Source: an uncultured delta proteobacterium (GTDB lineage: Bacteria; Desulfobacterota; Desulfuromonadia; Geobacterales; DSM-12255). From it: 64,000 bases of DNA. Positions 17,696 through 29,600 of the stretch are shown here, one piece after another. The position numbers and the translations under genes are program-made. Each line of letters starts with the position of its first letter. Positions within the stretch are counted from its first letter, which is position 1. The stretch spans positions 1 through 64,000 of the forward strand of contig CAWBBV010000016.1 of the NCBI GenBank assembly GCA_963787125.1, given 5' to 3'. The notes beneath the pieces are model-generated. The model was not told where the DNA came from, did not search any database, and saw only the letters and a list, made by a program, of their open reading frames with translations.

Positions 17696-20600
17696 TCAGT
17701 TCAGGAGATTTTCCGGGAAATGCACCGACGTCGCCCCGGAAAGATCGACAATGTTGCCAATGATCGCGCCGAAAGTCTGCTGACTCCCCGTAATCTTGAT
17801 CGTAGCCGCCGGAGCATGAATCATCCCGATCAGGCTGGTGCCCCCCGACAGGTTGACCGTAGTCAAAGCTGCCGAGCCATAGATGATCAGGCTGGCCGGG
17901 TTCTGCGTCAGGTTGACCATAGCGCCGCCGCCAATATCCAGCTTTGCACCGCCGGCGTAGATGACGACGGAACCGGAGGCGACTTCAAGTTTTGCCGCGC
18001 CCGTCAGGGTGATATTGCCATCAATTATCAGAGTGACCTGGCCGTTGATGGTCAATTTGGACGAGCCACCCAGGCTGAGGCTACTGTAGCGGTAGGTCCC
18101 GGTAGTCAGGGTTTTTGTGGCGACACCGGAAAGATTCAATGCGCCAAGACTGGTGGAACCGGTCGGGGGAGTTACCGGGGTTAATTCTTTGGCAGTAGCC
18201 AGAACTATGCCGTCACCGGTCACAGCCGTGCCGATCGTGGTACAGACCGTCGTCGCCGGACTCCCGCTTACGCCGATGGAGGCGCTGCCATATACCATGG
18301 TGCCGCCGGTCAGTTTGATGCCGCACAGTTGGGTGGAGTTGATTCCGACGTTTCCGTGCCTGTACTGTCCTTTGACATAAGCCGCCGGACTGCCGGAGTA
18401 ACTGTCCAGATAACTGCTCCCCGTAAGAATGACATTTTTATTGGCAAACACTGCATAGGAGAACAGGTTTGCGCCAGCTGTTGCCAGCGTTATCTTCGTG
18501 GTAACTGTCGATGTGTTCCCGGCAGGGTCGTTGGCTGTAGCGCTGATGTTATTGTCGCCCGGCTGCAGACCGGTGAGATTGACACTCCAGCTGGTATCTG
18601 TCAGGTAGCTGATCGGACCGACTGTGGCCGTCGGGCAAGCCACGCTGACAGCAAGACCGTTTTCCCTGGTTCCGGTTATGGTTTGTGACGCCTGGCTGGT
18701 GGGTGTGGTAACCGGGATGATGGACAACGTCGGCTTAGTGATGTCGTAGATCACGTTGCGCTGGGCTGTAGCGGAACTCTTCGCCTCGTTGGTGGCGGTG
18801 ACGACAATGGCGTAGCTCTTCTCGGCGGCGAAGGTGAGCAGCTGTTCGAACCGGCCCTCAACTACCGGCGGTGTATAGGTCTGGCCATCCATAGTAATGC
18901 CGACTGTGACCGCAGTATAGGGGTCGGCAACAGTCCCCTGGAGAAGCAGAGTCGTCTGGTTGGTGCGGATATCCTGAGCAGGCAGAGTGATGGCAAGGGA
19001 TGGTTTTTGATCGTCATAAACCAGGCTGCGTTTCTGGCTGCTGCTGTTGCCTGCCAGGTCGGTGGCGGTTACTTCGATGGTGTTGCTGCCGGGGGCCAGC
19101 ATTACCCCGGCAATAAAGTTAGTGCCGTTCATGGTAGCGGCTTGGGAGTTACTCCCAAGTTTGACCTGCACGGTTGATGTCTCATCTACCGTGCCGGTAA
19201 CATCCACAAGTGCAGTTGAAGTTTTACTGTTGTCCGCCGGGGCGGTAATGGTAAGTGCCGGAGCGGTCTGATCCAGGATGACGGTGCGGGTGTCGCTTGT
19301 CAGGTTTCCAGCCAGGTCGGTGGCGACAATCGAAAGCATATTTGCATTTCCGGCAAGAACAATGGCTTGGCTGAAGCTGTTGTCAGGATTAACAGGCACA
19401 ACACTGTCATTGATCTTGAGCTCCTTGAGGCCAACGGCATCAGTTACCGTTCCGGCGATATTAAGGATTTTGTTATTGGTAAAGGCGCCGTCGGCGAGGG
19501 TAGATACAGTAAGAACCGGCGGCACGGAGTCTATGCTGTAGTTTTCCGCACTGACGGCACTACTGTTACCGGCAAGATCCTTGGCGAAATACTTCAGAAT
19601 CATACTCGTCGGAATAGAAATCGCCTGACTGTAGATTGGTGAACCTGTGGTCGGTGTTGAACCGTCCAGAGTGAAGTAAATTGCCGCAGTTTCGCTGGCA
19701 AGAAGCGTTACATTTTTGGCTGAGTTATAGACTCCTCCAACCGTGGTGGCTGAGACTAACGGCACAGTGGTATCAAGGATGATTTCGGCGTGTATTGCCT
19801 GTGACCAGTTCCCAGCCATGTCGCTGAACCGTACGGATACCTGTTTTGAGCCATCACCAGACGTAAAAGTCCACGATTTTGTGACTGCATAAGGTTCCGG
19901 AGCAGACCAGGCAACACCGTCACTGCTGAACCGCATCAGTGCTACACAATTTGCATCTGTGGCGCTCAACGCCAATTGAACATCCGGTGATGAAGTATAT
20001 GCGGTGTTACCGTTTATGACTACAGATCCGGTGGGTGGAATATTATCGTAAGTAAGATGTGCCGTGATCGTGTTTTGATTGCCAGTCGCATCCGTACCGG
20101 TAACTACTATGCTGTTGTCTGCTGCAGCAAAACCGTTCACTACTGTACGCCAGGTAGTTGCAGATGGGTATTCCATATTGCCGACGGTTGCTGTTGTGCA
20201 GAATACTGCGCAAACAGCCCCCTCTTCTCTTGTGCCGCTAAGAGTCTGGGTAGACATGGCGGTGGGTGTCAAGATGGGGTCAAGGGTCATTGATGGAGGC
20301 GTGATATCGTAAATGATGTTTCTTTGGGACGTGGTGCTTGTACCTGCCTCGTTGGTTGCGGTGACTACAATGGCATAGTTCTTCTCTACAACTAAACTGA
20401 CAACCTGTTCAAAGTGTTTATTAGTGACAACAGGGTAGAAGGTCTGGCCATCCACAGAAACGCCAACAGTGACCGCGGTGTAGAGATCAGTGACATCGCC
20501 ACGGATAGTGATGCTGCTCTTATTGGTACGCATATCCTGTCCGGGTTCAACAATGGACAGTGATGGTATCTGGTCGTCGTAGAGCACCGTCCTCTTCTGA

Positions 20601-23600
20601 CTGCTATTGTTCCCGGCCAGATCAGTGGCAATGATCTCGATCGTGTTGATACCGGGGACCAGAGTTACCCCTGCTGTAAAGGTTGTACCATTTATAACGG
20701 CGGCCTGGACGCTGCCCCCTTGTTTGACCTGAACCGTTGATGTTTCACTCACGGTTCCAGACATTTCCACCTGTGACAGTGCCGTCTTGCTGTTGTCCGC
20801 CGGAGAGGTAATGAGCAGAGCCGGGGCTGTCTTGTCCAGGGTGATGGAGCGACTGGAGATGGTAACATTGTCGGCCAGGTCGATAGCTTTGACAATTATG
20901 GAATTCACACCAGTTTTGAGTATCAACGGTAGATTGAAGGTGCCATCGACATTGAATGGCACGGCAACATCATTGATCAAAAGATCTTTGACTCCGGTAC
21001 CGTCGGTAACTGATCCAGAAATATTAAGAATATCGTTGTTCGTATAGCTGCCATCTACCAGAGTAGATACAGTTAGTGTTGGTGATACTGTGTCAATTAT
21101 GTAAATTTCCGATCTTACGGCACTATTATTACCGGCAAGATCCATGGCGAAAAATTTCAGGGCAGTGCTCGCCGGAACTGAGATTGCCTGACTGTAAACA
21201 GGTGAACTGATGGTTGGTATAGAGTTGTCTGTGGTGTAGTAGATAGTTGCAGATTCATTCGAAGATAGAATCACATTCTGAGCTGCATTGAAAATCCCAC
21301 CTGCTGAAGCTGCTGAGACTAAAGGTGGAGTGGCATCAAGTTTAATATCAGCCCTGATTGCTTCCGACCTATTCCCTGCCGCATCCATGAATTGTGCAAA
21401 GACCTGTTTTGAGCCATCAGATGAAGTAAGGACCCATGACTTAGTCGCGGAGTAAGCCTCAGGGACGGAATACGTTACCCCGTCATTGGAAAACTGCATG
21501 AAGGCAACGCCGCTAGCATCAGTAGCGCTGAGCTTTAACTGCACCTGCGTGGAATTGACAACTGTTGCCCCAGAGTTGATGGTTATTGCTCCGACTGGAG
21601 GGGTGATATCATAAACAATCTGAACCGGCACCACGGTTTTAGTGGCGGCACCATTCTCAGCACTGATAGTAATTGTATTCACACCCTCTCTTAGTCCGGT
21701 CACACTGCAGCTCCACGTAGTCGGAGTAGTAAATGATACCGGACCCGCAACAGTGCCCGGGTCGACAGCTATGGTGACAATTGCCCCGGCGTCGGTTGTC
21801 CCGCTGATAGTCTGGAAATTCAGATTTGTGGGTGTTACGCCGGGATTGACTAATAATCCGGGCGGAGTCGTGACAATTGAAATATCCGCTATAATTGTAT
21901 TGCTGTAGGCTTGCGACCAGTTACCCACAGCATCCTTGAACCGTGCATAGACGGTCTTTATTCCCATCTCTCCACTCAAGATCCAGTTCTTGCTGTTCGT
22001 ATATGGTTCAGGGGCAGACCAACCGTCATTATCGTTGCTGAACTGCATTTCTGTAACACCGGAAATATCAACAGCGGCAAAGCTTAACAAAACAGCAGAA
22101 GACGTTGTCACCGTTGCACCATTGTTGATAAACAGCCCGTTGCCGTTTACAATCGGCACAACAGTCGGGATTTCGCTGAATTGAGTTATTCCATCGGCAA
22201 ATAAACCGCTCCAACTATCCCCCCAGCCCCATAGAGATCCGTCGTCTTTTATTACCAACGAACTACTCCCTTTAATGTCAGCAAGCGAAGATACGTTGGT
22301 CACTTTTGATTTTACCGGTGCTGTACCACTTTGATCCATGCTGTCAATCTGCTGACCACAATAATCCCCTCCCCAACACCAAAGGGTCCTGTCTTTTTTC
22401 AGAGCGATTACACGCCCCCACCCGGCAGAAACTGCATTCCAGTTAGTATCCAAACCAATTTGTATCGGGACTAATGTGCCTTCCGGATCAACATCTCCTA
22501 GCTGACCGGATTCATTTGTCCCCCATCCCCAAAGGGTGCCATTAGATTTTATGGCCATTGTAAAATCGTTACCTGCTGTTATTGACTGCCAATCAGTGTC
22601 AGTGCCGATTTTCGTCGGAAGAAATTTACTTTCTCTAGTTCCATCACCTAATTGTCCAGAATAATTATTTCCCCACGTCCAAAGTGAGCCGTCTGACTTT
22701 AAAGCCACTATATAGGCATCACCGCCAGCGGCTATTGCCAACCAATCGCTATCCGTGCCAATCCGGGAAGGCACTAACTTGGGCTCTGTTGTCTCATCAC
22801 CCAACGTACCGTAATCATTGCTGCCCCACCCCCACAATGTGCCATCTTTTTTCAGGGCAAATGAGTTATTCCCACCTGCGGCTAAGGCACGCCAGTCATT
22901 GTCCTGCCCAATCTTGACTGGAACCAGTTTATCCTCGGTGGTTCCGTCTCCCAGCCGGCCTGAGTAATTTGACCCCCAAGCCCAGAGGCTGCCATCTTTT
23001 TTCAGCGCCAAAGTATGAACGAACCCAGCAATTACCTCAGACCAATCCACATCGGTTCCTATTCGTACCGGGGACAATTTGTCCTCTGTAGTGCCATCAC
23101 CGACCTGCCCACTAGCATTCCAGCCCCAGGACCAGAGGCTGCCGTCCTTGAGCACGGCAACAGTATGGGCATATGAAGAGACACTTATTACCGGGCTTAC
23201 AAGGATTGGCGAGGTTAAATCGACGACAAAACTCCGCTCTGCATAGCCCATATTCCCAGCTACATCCGTGGCTTCGATGCGCACTGTATGCATTCCGTCC
23301 GTCAGGTGATCAAGATAGTCGCCGGATGATTTTGCTACAACTACTCCGTCTACTTTGACGACTACTGTGCCGACGTTGGCTGTAAATGTCAGCAGAGGGA
23401 CCGCATTAGAGGTAAACCCTGATTGGGGAGCAGTAATGATCACTTTAAGTATCTCGGTCAAAGAGATCGATGCACTCTGCTCAATAGACCAGTTTCCCGC
23501 TGCATCACCATATTTAACGAAGAGCTGTTTCATCCCGTCACCGGATGCAAAAGTCCACAACCTTGCTGAAGAATATTCCTCAGGAAACGTCCAGTTGGAG

Positions 23601-26600
23601 CGGTCAGTGCTGAATTTCATGCGAGTAACGCCGGTATCATCACTTGCGTTTAGAGTCAGTTGAACAGTCGTTACGCCGGTTATCTCCGCACCGCTGTTGA
23701 TGGTGATTGAACCAGTCGGGGAAATAATGTCATAGACTATAGAGGCAGTAGCATTGCCACTGTTACCGGCTGCATTGACGGCGGTTACAGTGATGTCATT
23801 GCCGTTGGCATTGAAGCCGCTGACCACCACACTCCAAGTTGTGGCAGAACGATAGATAACTTTACCGACAAAGGCTGTCGCGCAATTGACAGTAATCATT
23901 GCGCCGGAGTCTCTTGTGCCGGTAATCGTCTGCCTATTCTGATTGGTCGGGCTTATTACTGTGTCTATGGCAACTGCCGGCGCTGTAATGTCGTAGATGA
24001 CATTGCGCTGGACAGAAGTAATTTCTTCACCAACTGCATTAGTCGCAGAAACGTAGACTGCATAATCCCTTTTTTCATAGCCATTCTCACCTCCTACAGG
24101 GAAATACAAGATCTGTTCAAATGCGCCGTCGACAACCTGCGGAGTATACAACCATCCATTCACGTAAATATTGATACCAGCCACAGACTGTGGATCTACT
24201 GTTCCCTTTATTATATTTTTGCCTGTCAGAATGTCCTGCCCAGGGTCGGTTATCGCCAGCGACGGTTTCTGAGCGTCGAAAAACAGTGTCCGCTTCGCAT
24301 TATTCTGCTTTCCTGTAAGATCGGTGGCGGTTATTTCGATCGTGTTCCATCCGGGAAGTAGAGATAACGCTACAGTGAAGACAGAACCACTCATTTCGGC
24401 TATCTGAACATTTTCGCCCAGTTTGACTTGTACAGTCGTGCCTTCAGTTACAGTACCGGTGATAGATATAAGCGGAGTTGCAGAGTTACTGTTGTCAGCC
24501 GGTGCGGTGATAGTCAGCACAGGGGCTGCTTGATCAAAAATTATCGTACGTGTTTCTGTTACTTTATGCCCCAGAGCATCGAGCACAGTTACTGTCACAT
24601 CATTGCTCCCCTCCTGTAGCAACAGCGCATGACTGAAGCTGCTGTCGAAATTAACCGGCACCTGAATGCCATTGATAATTATTGATTTATCGAGGTCGAA
24701 CATGCTTGTTGCGTTGCCGGCAATATTTAATGTCTGGTTATTGGTAACTGCGCCGTTTGCCAGGGTGGAAAGCAGCAACGACGGTGGCGGTGTGGCCATC
24801 ACATTAAACCGAGTCAAAGCAAGAGGGGGGGCAGTGTCACGGAGAGGGTCATAATACCAACCATCTGCTGGAACGGAGATGCGAAGCGCAGCGAGATAAT
24901 TTCGCTCATTCAAGGAAGTTGTCGGCAAGTTGATATTGCCACTAAATGTGCCCTGCTGGGAGAAGGTAACCAGTCTTGTAGATTGAGCCATGACCTCATA
25001 TGTATCTGGGTTAATCGCTTGTACAACGATGAATCGCTCCATATGCTCATTACCATTATTGACAAGAGTGACAGCAAAAACCTCGTCAACACTCTGATAG
25101 ACTGAATTAATTGTTGGCGCAATAGTGCCAGCCAACTCAGTTCTTGTATACGCAGAGGAGCGGATGTAAAAATATTCTTCGCTTGTGGCAAGAACAACTC
25201 CACCTGCTTCCACTTCAAGCCTGACGTAGTAAGCTCCTTCGGGATGACTACCGCTGTTCCAGTACCTGCTAAATGTATATGATCGTCCCGCGTCGAGCGT
25301 TGGCAATATAAACCGGTCGGCAAAAAACACTTCTCCTGAACTGTTGGATATCAGCACTTTTGCAGTCAGGCTCTCGACATTTAAACCAACATCCAGACAG
25401 GTTACAGTTGCGGCAACGGCAACCGGCTTGTTGGCATCGTAGACAAATTTGTCTGTAACCGCCTTCACATTAACTTTGGCAACCTGTTTGGGAGCCGTGT
25501 AAACGACACTCTTTGTTAATTGCAGTGCAAGATCTCCGGAAATATTAAAAGTATTGATTTTATTGGCCGTGATTTGTTGCTGATATTGCAATGTTTTGGT
25601 CTGTCCAGCCGGAATAATCACCGTTTCCACTATTGAGTTAACTGAGTTGGCAACGGAAACCACAGCAGCAATCCTGCTGCTGTTTACCAAAGTGAGCGTC
25701 AAGGTAAACGGGTCGCTACCGGCACTTTCCGGCCCATTTAAGGTTGCAGTCACCTTCGGGCTGACTACTTCATAATAATCGGCTACTGAAGCCAGAGTTG
25801 CAGCACTCTGTATAATAGTCGCCGTCAAGTTAACCAGTCCGTCTGTTCCTGCTATGGTAGTCACCTTGAAAGGATGGCTGGAACCGGCAGGGATGGAAAA
25901 GGTATCCTGCAGGAGGTTCTCGCTCACGGCAAAGACCCTTGCCTTGACTGTCAGAGACAGGTTAGCCGCCTCTATGGTAGCCAGGTTGGTAACTTCACCG
26001 CTGATGGTGACGGTTTCACCCGGTTTGTACATTTTCCTGTCCGGGTTGATGCTGAAGAGCGTGTCACCCTGGACGACATAGAACGGATACTCCGCTGTGG
26101 CAAAGGCCTGGCCAGTGTTTGCAGTGAGAGTTCCTTGCAGATAATATTTGCCGATCTGGCCGATTGCGCCAATGAGGTTGTTCGGGTCTGCAAGAACTCC
26201 TTGCGCCAGATTTACTGGGATATCGGTCTGCCAGAATATATCTCCGGGTTTATGTTCACGACTGACGGTAATATCACGCAGAACCGGAGTGACAGCTCTA
26301 TCAGTAGTGGACAGGGTTCCCTCCACTTCGATCCAGCGACCTTTTGGACTCGTAATCTGCGAACCGCTTGCCGTTAGATAACTGCTCCATGTGGCCTCGG
26401 CCAAGTCTGCTTCCGTCTCAGCAGTGCGTGTCCTGAACTTCATGGCTGTACCGTTAGGCATATCTCCATTAAAAGTCAGCTTGTCCCAAGTCTCCGAATT
26501 GGCGGCGCTGTCATACTTAAGGTTCAGTGTCCCGGAATCAGGATACGTCTGGGTGGTGACAAGGAAATTATCGTATTGAACATTGCTGTTACCAGTGGGA

Positions 26601-29600
26601 CCAAAGTTGAGCAACGACAGGTATGCCGGACCGCTTATTGGCTCTCCACCATAGCTCATCATATTATCCCAGTTTGAGCCGTTCCAAAAGTACAGGTCTA
26701 AACTACTGCCGACACGTTTGATCCGGAACTTGCCGTTAAGTAAGACCGGGCCGGTATTGCGGTATTGACCGTACGAATCGATGACCCCATATGTTGGCGA
26801 TGAGCCCCAAACATCAATCCGGGCGCTCCAACCGCCAACAGAGACCATCATGCCTGCCGGATGATTATTAGACGCTGGTTGCCAGGGACTGACGATGTTG
26901 TAATCTACCATAGCGTCAAAATCGCCTGTCAGCGGCGCTCTTGTGGTAGCCGATGTTCCGTTCCAACCACCGGTTGACCAGGGGAGATCCAGCAAAAAGT
27001 AGCCGTTCTCCTCCATAGGCAGAGGCCCATTCGGGGCAGATCCCAACGACCATCTATCAATATCAAGGACGCCATCATTGAAATTGTCCGAGAAGGCAAG
27101 CAGGGTTACAGCGTCAACTGTTTCGATTGTGTCGACTCCGTTTCGCGTCCCTTGCTGAAAATCAGCCTGGCTGGTCCAGGTTTGCTGTTTATTACTGCCG
27201 GTTGCGCTGGTCACCTGAAGATGAAGATTCCCATCCTGTAAGGCTATGCCGCTATTGGTAATACTGCTCAGGCTATTAATCCCTTCCGTTGTCAGATAAT
27301 TCTGCTTGCCGGTCTGTACCGTAAGAGACCCTTTAACACCGCTTATTGTAAGTGGGTGAGTAACGGTCTCTTCCTTGCCAGTGGTAAGGTCTTTGAAATT
27401 GATCACCAGATTGTAGCTGCCATCCACTGCGCCAGCCGGTATTACCAGTGCCGGTGAGAGTGATCCTCCGGCCATTACCGTTACACTGTCATTTTTAGCG
27501 GCAACAGGCATCCCTTTGGCATCATAAAGACGCAAACTGAGCTCTAATGGCGAGTCAACGCCACCGCTGTTGCTTATGACATGATTGATGGTATCACCAG
27601 CGTTATATTTACCGGGCAATGGCATCAGCGTTAGAACCGCCTCGAAAATCACCAGCTTGGTCCCTTTGGTCGCGGACGAATTGCTTGGGAGCGTAACAGT
27701 CGCGATGACATTATGCTCTCCAGAGGTGAAGTATTCACGGATCTGAACCCGATAGAGAAACGTGCTGCCGTTGGCGCTGCCAACAGCCGGTGCCGAAGAA
27801 AGGGTCTCAGTCATGGACATGTTAGCATCTGGCACTGTTACCGTAACTGACGTTCCGGCATCCAGGTTAAATCTTCCGGTGTTATTCAACCTGAGTGTCA
27901 GCCCGGCAGTACTTCTGACCCGGTGGGAGTTACTGTCAAAGGTGGCATCAATTGCTAAAGTGTTGGGGAGAGCTATTGATGTAGCCATTCCGTTTCTGGT
28001 CTCGTCACTCTGCGAGTAGTCAAGGGTATAAGTGCCGAATTTAAGCGGCGGGACAGTTATGGTGGTAGAGAGCGTTTTGCTCTCCCCTACGTTCAAACTG
28101 AAAGGCTGTTCAGCGGTTGCTACCGACTGCCCATCCGGATCTTTCAAGGTCACGGTGAGGTTGCCGGAGGCTATGGGGAGAGTGCCGCTGTTGGCAAGGT
28201 TGAAGCTTATGGAATTAGGACCGCTGGAAAATGCCGCGGGAAGCAGCGGATTTACGGTTATCCGGCTGACTGCCACGCCGAAGCTTTGTGTAGCGCTGCC
28301 TATCCAGATGCCGGTCGCGTCATACATGTTTGCTGTGACAGTGTAGTTCCCGCCCAGAGCGGACAAGGGGAGCGGAAAGCTCTGGTTGAGGGTCAGGCTG
28401 CCGTCAGCGGCCAGGTTCGCTGGACTACTTGTGTCGTAAACAGTCATGCCGTTTGGGTCAATCACCTCAAGTCGTAAGGTTGCTGCCAACTCTATTGACT
28501 GGGGGTTTTGCAGGGCAGCGGATATGTTGATTGTCTCACCTTTGGAGTAAACGGTCTTGTCGGTCTGTACAGCTACAGAAACCGTTGGGGAAAGGTTGTT
28601 AAAGAGGGTCGGGCTGAAGATCAGTATCCCCCCCGGTTCCAGGGAAGCGGTGAAACTGGCCGGGAAATAGCCGGCTCGCGCAGTGGCGGCTGTGACAGTG
28701 ACCAGGCCGGGGGTGACGTTATCCAGGCTGTAAACCCCTTCGCTGGTGGAGGCGGTCTGATTGTCCCCACCTCCTCTTGCCAAGATTACGGCATCGGCAA
28801 AGGGGAGATTGGTCATGCCGTCCGTCACCGTTCCTCTTATTGTGGCAGGCAGCGGGTTCGAAGACAGAGGGATGCTGCCGGCGTTATTGACCATGCCCGG
28901 CAATATTGCTGTGGTCAGGGTGCGCAAGGAGTAACCGCTCAGCGAGATGGTGACCTGCTGCACCCCCTTTGGCAAGGCAGCAAAGGTGAATATGCCACTG
29001 CTGTCTGTTGTCACGCTCACAGCAGGGTCGGCAATTGTTGTCAGGGCGACTCCTGCAAGCGGCTGCCCCGAAACAGCATCAACCACTATTCCACTAAGAC
29101 TTCCTTTGGTCTCCAGGGGAGTAAGAGCAACATCCAACTGCTGTGTCCACATCGCGGCTTTGCCACCAGGCTGTTTCAAAATGATGGTTCTACCTACATA
29201 GCCGCTGGCAGCAATCTTGACCGTAAATCCCATCTCCTTGATGTCGGCAACAACATAAGTTCCGGCAAAGTCGGTACGGGCAGTGAGATTGGAGCCAACG
29301 ACCATGATTTCGGCAGCAGTGATTGGCAGCCTGGTGAGGCTGTCGGTCACCATGCCGGTAAGGGTTATGGTGTTGGCAGACATGACGAGGCGGATTGTTC
29401 CCAGATCGGTGGTGACGCCGGGAGTGATGACCAAGCGGAAGGTCTGGCTGATAAAACCGCTCATACCCACTGTCACCTGGTAGGTATTAGGAGCCAGCCC
29501 CTCGAAAGTGAATTTGCCGCCGTCGTCAGGGTTGGGGTCTACAAATGCGCCGCCGGAGATGGTGACTCTTACCCCCTGCTCTCCCAGCAGGTGGTCGATA

